64,000 nucleotides of DNA from Chlorokybus atmophyticus (lineage: Eukaryota; Plantae; Mesostigma and Chlorokybus algae). Shown one piece after another: positions 14,101 to 25,725 of this stretch (the stretch's first letter is position 1; each line of letters begins with the position of its first letter). Location: the NCBI GenBank assembly GCA_009103225.1, contig RHPI01002503.1:1293987-1357986 (forward strand), written 5' to 3'. The notes beneath the pieces were generated by a model that saw only the letters and a list, made by a program, of their open reading frames with translations, was not told the origin of the DNA and did no database searches. The position numbers were made by a program, and so were the translations under genes.

Positions 14101-15184
14101 CGCTTGAGGCCGAGCTGCGTGGCCTCCGCAGCAACCTCGCGCGAGCCAAAGAGCACATGCAGACCCTCACGCACGCCAGAGGTGACACATTCCTCAATAC
14201 TTGTTGCGTCATGTGTGTCTGTTGTCAAGGAGAAGTAAGTTGGTGTAATCATGTGGGTGGGTGTGCACAGATGAGGTGCAAAGGAAGGAGACAGCATCTC
14301 GACAGCGCGCGACAAGGCTAGAAGCTGAGCTGGCTGAGACCAAACAGCAGCTTGCTGATACTGAACAGTTCCAGCTTGAGGTAAGTGTATCAGGAAGCAC
14401 GTCTTTCTCTTCTCTGCCACACATGACCAAGATAGATTGTGTTGGTGGTGTGAATTTTGTTGCACTGACCCACTGACGATGAAATGTGGTGGCAGCTGGA
14501 GAAGGTGGTGCAGCGCATGGCAGCCAGGTCACTGTGAGGGAGACATGCAGATGTGTATTGAACACGCGCATGACAACCTACACAACAGCTCGGAAAATGC
14601 ATCAACTGTGCTCAGGTATGTGTGTGCAACATCTTGCATGAGAGAACAGAACTTTGGCGTTGGGTCTGGCTGGTGCAAAGCGTAGGGTTATTCGTGCAGG
14701 CCTGGCAGCATGCTGTGAGAGAGCTTATGTTGGAGGTACATGGCAATTGGCGGCACTTGCGCTGCCCCTGGTGCTTCTACTACCATATCAGCAGAGCAGC
14801 TACTACTTTATTTACTGATTGGTGAACTGTGGGGCTGAGCCTCAGAGCTAGGTGTGGCTCCATTGCCAACGGCTCGTTGGCGTTGATATATAACAACACA
14901 AGTTGTGTATGTACCCGTGGTTGCTGTGTGCATGTTATGTCACTGCTTCCTTGTGCAAGTGTGGTGCAGAAACCAGTTCATATAGGATGCAGCCTGTTCT
15001 CATGTGCAGCGAGCGTCATTCTGAGTTCTTATGCAAACACAGCAGGCAAAACACATAGCACTACATCAATCCACAATGCTTGTCAACTCTATGCAGTGGA
15101 TACACAATTGCAAGAGCCGTGCACCGCCTACAGGTCCCACTCAGCACAATTCAGAAGCATTTTACCAATGGCGAGCTGCCGTAA
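11180..15184 (+). CDS. Long multi-exon coiled-coil protein of unknown function; 3' end uncertain (about 14.6-15.2 kb)
   Basis: Exons 11180-11326, 11755-11967, 12030-12124, 12237 onward and more than 10 further short exons encode heptad-rich E/Q/R/A/L sequence, e.g. LRAALSERELELVELREQH, AVSELEAECNELRASAWEKESQIAELQ and RARAAALEAELRGLRSNLARAKE. A plausible last exon is VPLSTIQKHFTNGELP* (stop 15182-15184). No family recognised. Confidence 0.75.
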
Positions 15185-15582
15185 TATTCACAATGAAGCG
15201 TAGCGTTGTGCACAGCCACCAGGCACCCAGGCTATAAGGGTGTCTCCACCCTCGGTATAAGACTTACCCTCGAAGTGGCATCAACCCACGCGTCGATATC
15301 TTCCCGCCGCCACCGATACACTTTACTGGCAGTCAGATTTCAACAGCTGCTCACGTGCGTTTCGCTTCTTCTTGTTGGCGCCGTCCTCCTTGTCGACGTC
15401 GTCGTCGTCACCGGCGGCATCGGCGGCGCTGTCACTGCCTGGATACTTGGTGGTGTAAGCGCAGAGACTGGAGTTATTAAGCACGGGATGCGACCAATCG
15501 GAGGAGGCGGTGTGGTAGGCTAGAACAGTCAGGCTGTTAAACAGTTTTAACCCCTCAGATCTGTCATCAGGCCACACCAAAG

Positions 15583-18500
15583 ATGTACTACCCGCCGCCT
15601 CCACCTCCTCCGCCGCCTCTGCCTCCCCCTCCCCCAACCTCCATGTGGCCTCCTCCTCCTCCTCCTCCTCCTCCCGGCACCGCGCTGATGTCCATGATGG
15701 GGCAGCCGCCGCCGCCAGGGACGGCGTCCCTGTTCGCCCGGGGCCCCTCCTCCTGGGGCACCCACGGACGGCCGCCCACAACCGCCGCGGCCAACGTGGG
15801 GGAGGACCCGGCAGCCGCGCAGAAGAGACCGATGACGGCTGTAAGGGCGGCGGGGTACACGTCGCATGGAAGGGTGAGCAGGGGGGGGGGGACATGTATA
15901 AGAAGAATGTATGCAACGCGTAGATGCAGATGTATATACATGGGCTTGGAAGCATGCTCAGATATGATTGGTGGTATCATGTTTGGTGCTAGGAGTGAAG
16001 TTTTGTTGCATGTGTGTGTTCACCTGTGGTTTGTATGCACACCTCAAGGATTGATGTGCAGTTGTGTATGGTGTATGTACAGAGCCATCTGTAGAGTTGA
16101 TGATCAAACCGTTAGAAGCCTTGCACACACTCGTTGGTGCATGTGCGTGCGCGTGTTTCTATGCACACCCGCTCATACGCAAGCACTATCTTTACCACCC
16201 ACGCAAACACACAGACATTGACTTGCGCGCGTGCGCACACACACGCACAAACATACACTGTTTCATGCGGACCCGCTCGCACACGCGCGCACACACACAT
16301 ACACACACGTGCAGGGTGCCCGTTTCGACCCTCTCGACCAAGCCGGCACCCGTCACCCCGCCCCCTTAGGAGGATCGACTGATCCCAACACCAAACCCGA
16401 GCCCACTCTCGAGGAGCGCTGCCGCGAGCTGGAGAAGAAAGTGCATGCTTTAGTAGAAGAGACAGCAGCTGCATCTGTAAGAGGAGACCACCAGCTGGCT
16501 TTGGAGAAAGCGAGGGAAGGAGTGAAGAGGGAAAAGGCACTTAGTAAGATGAGAGAGGAGTCGAGTGGGGATGGGAGTAGTAACAACAACAACACCAACA
16601 ACAACAACTCTAGCTCCAACGTGGAGTTGTCGTGTGCTGTTAAGTTTGTCGCTGCCCGTGCCTTCGAGCGTGCGGGTTTAGCTAGCGAGGCTTTATCTTC
16701 CTACGCTGCGTTGGCTCGTGACCGCAGCGGTGGGGTGCCCGCCCACATGGGCGGGCGCGTGCGTATGAACATGGGAGGAGTCTATTACAGAGCGGGGAAC
16801 TACCCGATGGCCATCAAGATGTGGAGAATGGCGCAGGATAAGCTACCGTCACATGCGAGAGATTTGAGAGCGAGAGCCCAACGCAACATCGCGGCTGCGT
16901 TTGTGAGACTCGGGCATCATCGAGACGCTATACGTGCATACGAAGCCGCCATAGAGATCGCCAACACGAACACCGTTACCACCAACAACAACAATACCTC
17001 CAACAACAACAACAACAACAACGACGGCGGGTACACATCCTCCATCAGTGATTGTCAAGCGGCCTTCAACTTGGTGCTATGTTATCACGCCCTCGCCGAT
17101 GCAGACCGCACGAAGCGTGCATTCCTGCAACTACTCAGCGCCGTGAAGGCCGACGACGTGCATCATGATGGCGAGGTCGAGGACGACGATGACAATGATG
17201 TCGATGATGACATGGACAACCAAAATAATGTTACCAAGGGTGGTAGTGATAGTTTGAGTGCGGCGGTGAGGGAGCGTAGGCGTGTAGCGCACGGATACGT
17301 GTTGAGGGCAGCGAGACTGATCGCGCCGAGTATCGATGCGAGGGGGTGGGTGGAAGGGTTTGATTGGGCGGCGGAGAATCTGACGGGGTGCGGACTGAAT
17401 GAACTCGCGTCGGAGGTGGAGATGGCGAAGGCACTGGCATTCTTGGCTAAAAGAGACTTTAAGCAAGCGGCCACTCTGCTGAAGGTGAGAGTGTTATGTT
17501 GGGGAAGCCACTTTATGCACACGTGAGCACTCGTAAACACTGCGCGCCCACACACACAGATGCACGTAAGTGCACATGTGTGCATGCCTGCATGCACGTG
17601 TGCAATCATGCACAAATTCATGCATACGCAAATGCACGCATGCATGGTCACACGCACACAGACACACCCACACGCATATGCTCATATACCCACACTCGCA
17701 CGCCGCACCCCTTTCAGGCCTTTGACAAGAAGCCCTCCGCCATCCGCGCTCGCGCTGCCACCAACCTCGCCTTCCTTCGCCTCGCCGAGGCTCTCGGCAC
17801 CACCTCCAGCACCGACACCAACACCCACACCCACACCCACACGCACTCACACAACACCCACACCCACGCCGGCGCCGAGGAGGCCCTCAAGTATGCCGAG
17901 GCCGCCGTCACAAAGGACAAGTACAACGCCAGCGCTTTAGTCAACAAAGGCGCAGCGCTAATGCTAACAGTAGGAGGAACAAAAGAGAAGGAGAGAGACA
18001 AAGAGAAGGAGGTGTTGAGGGATGCCTTGTTGTTGTTCTCCTCGGCTTCTAGTGCTGAAGCGGGTCGTGCCGAGGCGTGGTACAACGCTGGGTTGGCTCA
18101 CCGTCGTTTGGCCAACCACGTGGACGCCGCGCGCATGTTCAAGAGGGTGTTTGACTCTGCACCCGAGTGTCTCGAGGCTGCATTCATGACGGCGATGAGC
18201 CACCTCGACAACAAAGACAACAAGTCTGCAATGAAGTGGCTTGAGTTGGTCAATGCGAGGGTGGCTGGGGCGGATGCGGGCGTGTTGGCACGCCTCGGGA
18301 CGTTACACGCACGCGCGGATGAGGAAGAGGAGGAGGAGGAGGAGGATAACAATGGTGATACACACACACAACATGCTGCCAAGGCAGTGCACTACTTACA
18401 GGAGTCTCTTCGCGCGTGGCCCAACACGCTCGGCCCGTTGTCCACACTATCAGCCTTGTTGGTGAAGCAAGAGTTGTATGGTCAAGCAGCTCCTTTGTTC

Positions 18501-19082
18501 GACAGAGCTTCGAGGCTTCAACCGAGTGAGCCAAAGTGGGCTTTGATGGCTGCGAGTTGTGTCCGACGCGGCGGGGATTATGAGAATGCGTTGAGGAGAT
18601 ACACACGCGTGCACGTGGATCATCCCAACAACGCCGAGTGTTTGAGATATTTGGTACACATATGCACGGATCTTGGACGTAAGGAGCAGGCGCACGAGTA
18701 CGCGGTGAAGTTGAGACGTGTCGAGAGGACGGCTGATAGTGGGCGAGAGAGTAATAGTGGGGAGGGGAGGGTGGGGAAGAGTGGTGGACATGTGGTGCAG
18801 TCGCCGGATTCGCCGCCGCCGGCGCCGATGGTCAGGCCGGGGACGGGGAGACAGGTGAAGGTGAGGGCGGCGGCGGACAACGATGCGGATGAGTGGGCAA
18901 ATGAGGTGAGTTGACTGTGTGTACGTGCGCGTGCGTACCCGCGCTCGTGCATGCGCAGACAGAAGTACATGTACACACACTGCACATATTCACAACCACG
19001 CGCACACACAGAGACAGATACGCGCGCATGTGCACACACATGTCTTTCACAGGAGCTTGGTGACGATTTGCTGCCGCTGTGA
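15583..19082 (+). CDS. IFT88: Intraflagellar transport protein 88 (TPR protein), divergent, about 892 aa
   Basis: Exons 15583-15873, 16315-17484, 17718-18905 and 19053-19082, all phase 0 with GT-AG. Motifs colinear with Chlamydomonas IFT88 as recalled: PPGTA, RPMT...RAAGYTS...FDPL, GRVRMNMG..Y..AIKMWRMA, ARAATNLAFL, DKYNASALVNKG, GVLARLG, LQPSEPKWALMAASC, HPNNAECLRYLVHICTDLGR, and C-terminal DEWANEELGDDLLPL*. Confidence 0.95.
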
Positions 19083-19642
19083 TACCCTGCAAGCCTGCCC
19101 TGATTGAACATGGATTATTGTGGTGGCGATCTGTACCAGGAGCGATGTAGTCCTCCCTTGAGCAGTAGTTATGCACAGGGCACAGGGCTGACTTTCCTCG
19201 CCAACAGCCCAAGCAGTACATTAGAGACTGAGTCCAACACAACCATATGCGCAGGCCGTACTGCTGCTCCTGACAAACACTGTGAATAGCAACTAGGAGT
19301 GGAATCAGCACTGCAGCAACCTGAATGTGACTGCATAAAATACGCAGTTAAAGTGTGCAACAGCTACTACGCTAGTTCTGTGTAACGTTTTGTGTACAGT
19401 TGAAGTGCGTGCCATCAAAACAGCACGCGTATGTTGTAACAACAGGGTCATGCACAAAGGGTCCAATGTAAAATCCCAACCAAACATTTTATGGACAGTA
19501 TGGACCCGCTGTTCCTGTGCAACTCTCTATCTATCTACATGACAATGTGTCAAAACTCGTGCATACGCGACTACTACTTCACGACGCACGCCAACAACCG
19601 TCTTTACAAAACCCTACGAAAACCACCTTTCATCACGTGTTG

Positions 19643-21803
19643 TTATCTTAGCGCCTTCTGCGCCTCCAAAAGCAGATCCATCGCCACTACATAATACGTC
19701 TTCTCATAACACGTGTACACCACCTTCCCCGCAAACCTCAGGTACCTCACCGACGGACTCACCGTGGGCGGTTCCGGCAACCTCGTCGGCAACGTGGCCC
19801 ACTTATGCTGCACTAAATCATAGACGATAATATCATCTAAAGGCATGCCACCCAACCTCCCGTTCGCCGTACCTCCAAACACAAATATCAAGCCACCCAT
19901 CTCGAATGAATTATCGCTCGTATGCGACCTCCTTATAGGAATGTCATCCCCTTGCCACCAACTCTGTCCATCGAAGACTTGGAGTGCTAAGCTCGACCCG
20001 TATTCGTCGTCGGCGAGGGTTTGTCCACCCAACAAGAAGAGCCATTTCTTGTAGGGGACGGTTACTGCGCCAACGTGGTTGCGGGGACGGGGGTTGGGAG
20101 ACTCGAGACGCCAGCCGAAGGTGGGGAGAGAGAGGGACATGGACCAGACGAGGGGGGAGTCGGCGATGGGGTGGCTCTGCGGGTGGGGACAAATGTGAGC
20201 ACTTGTGCGTGGGCACGTGCGCGTGCGCATGTGCCTGCGTGCGTGCGTGCGCGCATGCGTGTGCGTGCGTGCGTGCGCCTGTGTGTGTGCGCGCACATGG
20301 GCATGGGCATGTGCATGGGTATCTCCGCGTGTGCGTGCGCAAGTGCGTGTATGTGCGTGTTTGAGTGCGTGTAAATGTCATGACTCACAGCACACTTGCC
20401 TGGTCTTGGCCGTATGTGCCACCCATAAAGTAGATTCGGTTATTTAGTATAGCCGCAGAACCGGCGCCACGGGGGCCCGGCAGGCTCGGCAGCGCAAACC
20501 ACCTGCTTCGAATTATGGATTAGACTGTACACTACGTAAAACGCAGAGACCGTGCACACGCGGCAGAATACGCACGTACCTGTTTAATGGTATGTACAAG
20601 GCCCATACGCTGCGCACCGCAGTCCCGGGAAACTTGCCCAGGAAACCTGTGCCACACATGCGAATGTGTGCATGTACGCAATCACTCCTGGCTGGTGAAA
20701 GCTAGCGCTGCTGCATGCTCGAACACATGCATGCATCTACAAGAGCTCTCTGTGCGTGCACGTGCATGCGTGTGTGTGTGCAGGTGCGCATGTGGAGGTG
20801 TCCATGTGCATGTGTGTAATTTATGCGCCCGTGCATGCATGCACCCGGTGCATGTATGGGTTAGAAAGTGCGTGTAGACTCAACAACCTACTTACCTCCC
20901 ATGACAACAACGGTGTTGTTGTTGAGACATACGCTTGCCGAGTGCGACAGCGCCTGCGGTAGGTCGCGCACTCGCCGCCACGGTTCAGTCGGCGAGGTCC
21001 ACATCCACGACTTGTTGCACGCCGTGTAGTCCGTGTCTGGGGTTTGGACAAGGAGAGTGAGACATGTCAAGCAATGCTGTGAGAGGTGTGGTTGAGGTAG
21101 TTCCCTGCATGTTACGTGCATGCGGGCGAGCATGCTTTTCGTTTACAACTCACTCTTTTCAAAGCCGCCGACAAGGAAGAATTTGTTGGCGCATGGGACG
21201 CTCGTGGCCTCTATCACGCCCGGCAACATGGTCGGACCTGCAGGCTCATGTGGGTGGGTGTGGGTGTGGTTGGCTGGCTGGATGACTGTGTGGGGGGTTT
21301 TGTGGATTGGGGATGGGGTAGGGTGCGCGTGCGCGTGTCTGCTTGTGCACGGGTGGATGGGTGGGTGGATAGGCCTGTGCATGTATGGGTGGTCGTGCCC
21401 GTGTGCGTGCCTGTGTGTATGTAGACACTTGTCTAGGTGTGTGTAGCTGTCTGTGTGTGCGTGCATGCGTGCACTGGCACGCTTTTTGCGTGAGCATGCA
21501 CCACGCCGTCAAGTACAATACTGCAGACGTTGGGCTAACCATACAGGAGCAGAACCACTAAAGCCAAACCGCACGACAGGCTGCCAGTACACTTTCCCCC
21601 CTGCTGCATGCATCATCATCCACTACCCACAGCATGCTGCTGCAACCCGGCCATTCATGCTCCCACGCACCTGGCTTGAACTCCACCGCCTGCGCGGAAT
21701 GGAGGACAGCACCGAGTACCAGCACACCAACACAGAGGCGGAGGCGGACGTTTAGGCAGGGTACACTTCTCCGACGCTGCGCCGCCGTCGCCGCCGCCGC
21801 CAT
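19643..21803 (-). CDS. Kelch-repeat (beta-propeller) protein with hydrophobic signal-peptide-like N-terminus
   Basis: Spliced exons give at least five kelch GG motifs (FFLVGG, VVVMGG, IYFMGG, LFLLGG, IFVFGG) with downstream W residues (KSWMW..PWRRV, RWFALPSLPGPR, GWRLESPNPRPRNH, SWWQGDDIPIRRSH, KWATLP). Stop at 19643. Putative ATG at 21803 followed by LRLCVGVLVLGAVLHSAQA. The junction between exon 1 and the kelch exons is not resolved. Confidence 0.8.
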
Positions 21804-22528
21804 AGCGTCGCTGTGGGCGGCGCTGTCACCCCACTCTATGTTATCAAAACTCCCTCAAAAGGAGACTTGTGGAGCGCCTTGCTGCGAAGCAGTTTCTGGC
21901 CGTGCGTGGCTGTGTCACACCTAGCCGAGCCTATGTGCGCAAACCTGCCGCCATGTGGCGGACGGTACTGCTGCTGTTTGAAGGGACTATTGAGCGCTGA
22001 TAGCGCGTAGGGTAGGCCTAAAAGGGCGCTTTGGGGCATCGAACGTGGGGCGTCCTGATGATCGTGTGGTCGGCGAGCGTCATGAATTATGACTCATAGT
22101 GTGCGCCGCGTTGTGTGGGAACATGTTTCCTAATCCGGTCTCAATAAACGGATACATGGCGCAAATCATCACCAACGGCCCAAAACCTACGATGCATTAT
22201 GTAAGCTACGCAGTGTGCATGTCTGAGTAACACAGTGTGAGTGTACGATTCGGCCATGTGTGCACTGTTTATGGCCCAGAGGTAACCCAACTTGCTTTCT
22301 TTTAACGAATCGCTTTTTCCGCGACTTTTGCGCCAGGGCGCTGCATGTGCTCGATTGCACAGAACTTAAGGCCCCAAGAAAGGACCTCGGCACAATCAAG
22401 AATTAAATTATCATAGCGAACTAAGGTCGTCAGTGGGCGTGATGTTGCGACATCAACTTATGGTTAACTATTGCCGCGCTAGTTGTAACAAGTTATAACT
22501 ATTACAGAACCTCGGAAGTTTTGTAATC

Positions 22529-23012
22529 CCGTATTTACTCGAACACAGCCCCCCCTCCTATTACAATATCCCCCTTCCTTTTTCTTTAAGGGGGGCCCTG
22601 ATAACATGTACAGCCCCCCCCCTGGTCGTATACAACCCCCCTACCCCGCACTCCCGCCTGCCTATCTGCCGATGTAGCGCTGCTACACAGCGTCTAGGCG
22701 CTAGTATCCAGCTCCTCAGTGCTATAGATATCGATAGCGCTGCATGCCCCGGATCAGCATCTGAATAATTATAGGTTTCTGTAGGCGCTGGATATCAACG
22801 CTGCATGCCCCGGTCGCAGCCAATTATGTCTGGAGTGCGCGCCAGCTCGATTGGCGCGCAATGTGCGTCCGAGTACAGCCCCCCTAGTGGAGGGGGGGCT
22901 CAATTTATCGAGCCGTCGATAGATTGAGCCCCTCCTCAAATAGAATACCCCCTTTTCACATTGGGAGGGGGGCTGTGATAAAAGGGGGGGGGCTTGTGTT
23001 CGAATAAATAGG
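22529..23012. mobile_element. MITE / non-autonomous DNA transposon, about 484 bp, with Tc1/mariner-pogo-like TIRs
   Basis: Left end ccgtatttactcgaacacagccccccc; right end reverse complement cctatttattcgaacacaagcccccccc. TA follows the right end (23013-23014), while the left flank is TC. No ORF; internal repeated cagccccccc/ggggggctg motifs and an internal palindrome. Confidence 0.7.
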
Positions 23013-23956
23013 TAGTTATCGATCTGTACGATATAAGAAGAACATAGTTTGATCCTTCAGGCTGCACAACATAACGCGTGTGTCAATCAGTATTAATTGC
23101 GGCTGATCCTCAATAACTGGTATGTTACATCCACACAAACAATTTTCACGAAACATACAGCCCCTCATTTACGCAAGCTGGGGGCAAGAGGGTATTCTCG
23201 AAGTTGTGTGAATGTTATGAGCCCTTCACACATAAGCACTCGATTAACTGATACGGGATATTATAGCAATGTTGTTAAAACAAGAAAAGAGGCACTGCAC
23301 ATATATGTCCCGTATCATGCATACTATACATGTAAGGCTGACCACCCAACGCTAGGCCTTTTCTCAACAACCTAGGTAATGCAATTTAGCACTAGCATAC
23401 ATGTGTATACACTATCAGTCATGTCACATTGTATGCAATGCAGCTCTATTCAATCTCTAAGCAGCATTGTCATAGCAGGGGATGGTTTAAAGTCCTTCGT
23501 CTCTTCAGAGCCGGCTCCCAAAGACACACTCGTGAAGAAGGCTGTTCTGCAGTCTTCCTTAGCACACCGCTCTCAACACAGCACACAGCCTACCCAACAT
23601 AGAGTAGAGGGGAGGGCCTTTATACACCTACCGCCAAGCACCCCTCACACAGTCGTGAGCATAAGAAACGCACAATTGTGATTGTTTGGACGCTGTCAGC
23701 AACCCCCTTATCATGATGTACTCCTATCTATTGCCTTCCCATTTGGCCATGCATAGGCCGAGTAGCAAGTTATTAGCCAGCTGGCTAAGTGCCCTTAGAT
23801 TCACATGTGCTGACCTAAGTCGTGTGCTCCGCCGCCTTAAGTTGTAGCACTATTAGGTTAAGTACAGCACTTGATTGCCCAGTACCTGCTTGTCACAGCA
23901 TAGCACACTTGCGCGGATGATACCAACGCGGGGTTCTCCTCACAAGAAGCAATAGA

Positions 23957-24183
23957 TGTCGTGTTGCGTGGGGTTGAGCGCTGAACCGTCTCAAACAACA
24001 CCAGAGGAACTGTGCTGTGGCTGAGGATGCAGGGATGGTCTGTGCACTATTGTAGTTTTGGGTGAAGGCAAAAGAGTAACCCCCTGCTGGAAGTGTGCAG
24101 TGGAAAGAGGTGACTACAATGTCAAAGATGAGGTAGAACGCAGGGAGTAGTGATACTCGCTTACGGATAGCTGTAAGTCAACA
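23957..24183 (-). mobile_element. LTR copy of the same family as the 3' LTR at 29289-29527 (diverged solo or orphan LTR)
   Basis: Alignable along its full length to 29289-29527, including the near-identical block gggtgaaggcaaaagagta-cccc-tgctggaagtgtgcagtggaaag. Same termini TGTTGAC...CGACA on the minus strand. No matching TSD seen. Confidence 0.7.
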
Positions 24184-24912
24184 AGCCACTACTAAATGTA
24201 GCGAGAGACCCTTGCGTGAGTGGCAATGGGTGTATCAACTGCTAAGTGAGGTGAATAAATGTAGCAATATAGTGATGCCAAACCGGGTGGTAACTATCCA
24301 CATCGTGCCCACGATGCCGCTAAGCTCACACACAATACGAAATCGTGCACACGCTGCAGACGCTGCACTCTCTCACAGGTATGAAGGCTTCTTAGCAACC
24401 GCGACCGCTTGTGTGTAGTCGCACCCCTTCACAACTTGTTGTCTTGGAGTCTTATTCAACACAGCACTCGCAGCATGCAATACTAAACTTCAGGCTTCAC
24501 AACATAAGTTGCTATTACACTTTCTCTAAGTCTATGCGCTCAGACTCATTCGTAGTGTTACCGAGTATACAAGTAAACAATCTGTCTACTTATACTATTG
24601 TATGAACATGTGAACCATTAGTCCAGCAATCTTGACCGATCTTATCACGGCTATTCGTTAGCTGTTCACTGAACTGTGTGTACTTGAATCGGGCAGAAAG
24701 CGAGCCTGTCAACGGGCAGCGTGGTGGACTCATAACGGATCAGCTAAGATCAAGGGACCTCCTGGTCGGAACTCTAATGTATCAGCTATGCGGGGTATCT
24801 ACGAGAATTGTGCTGGCATTACTCGGTGGTGGTGAAGGATTGATGCTTGTGGCGCGGGAGAGTCGGACTGGTTGTAGGGAACGGGTATGCCGGTAGCCTG
24901 GGAGGCAGGTTG

Positions 24913-25725
24913 TGTAACGGGAGGGTACATTAAATTACCACAAATCGACCATAAAAGCACCAAGTTTTTTGTGGTCGAGTGGGCTGTGACATTGGTATCG
25001 GAGCTTGGTTACCCGGGTTCCCGCCTTGCACACGAATTCCGCGGTTGTTGTTTCTCGATCCAATAACATCGTAAATAGTTACTTTATAAGTGCCATCATC
25101 GATGGGTCGCGATATGCCTTATGGCAGTCGCGCCGAACTGACCAGTTCAGTCGGCGCGGCAGGGCGCGACCTGCCTATCGCGGCGACGCAACCTGTGGGG
25201 CCGCAGCGGCGCGATGTGCGCGCGTTGACCGGTATGGGTTTAAATTGGCCGGTCCTTGGGCGGTGGGGCCGATGACCGACCCTAATCAGACCCCTGGGAT
25301 GATTCCCCAGCTAATGCGAGCCAGCTGCCGAGGACGTCAGCGTTCTTANNNNNNNNNNNNNNNNNNNNNNNNNNNNNNNNNNNNNNNNNNNNNNNNNNNN
25401 NNNNNNNNNNNNNNNNNNNNNNNNNNNNNNNNNNNNNNNNNNNNNNNNNNNNNNNNNNNNNNNNNNNNNNNNNNNNNNNNNNNNNNNNNNNNNNNNNNNN
25501 NNNNNNNNNNNNNNNNNNNNNNNNNNNNNNNNNNNNNNNNNNNNNNNNNNNNNNNNNNNNNNNNNNNNNNNNNNNNNNNNNNNNNNNNNNNNNNNNNNNN
25601 NNNNNNNNNNNNNNNNNNNNNNNNNNNNNNNNNNNNNNNNNNNNNNNNNNNNNNNNNNNNNNNNNNNGGGGGGATGTAACGGGAAGGTACATTGAATTAC
25701 AACAAATCGACCATAAAAGCATTAA
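24913..25725 (+). mobile_element. Short-LTR (79 bp) retroelement, TRIM-like; 3' LTR interrupted
   Basis: 5' LTR 24913-24991 (TGTAAC...GTGACA) is immediately followed by the iMet-type PBS tTGGTATCGGAGC (24992-25004). After the N-gap there is a PPT GGGGGGA (25668-25674) and a second LTR copy at 25675-25725 (46 of 51 nt identical), cut by another LTR at 25726. True internal length is unknown because of the gap. Confidence 0.75.
25349..25667. other. Assembly gap (N run)
   Basis: 319 N bases, ending at a poly-G run. Confidence 1.

Noticed and set aside
23910-23930. Minus-strand TGGTATCA (PBS-like) near the 23957-24183 LTR
   Set aside because: About 30 nt from the LTR end instead of adjacent, the match to tRNA-iMet stops after 8 nt, and no gag follows.
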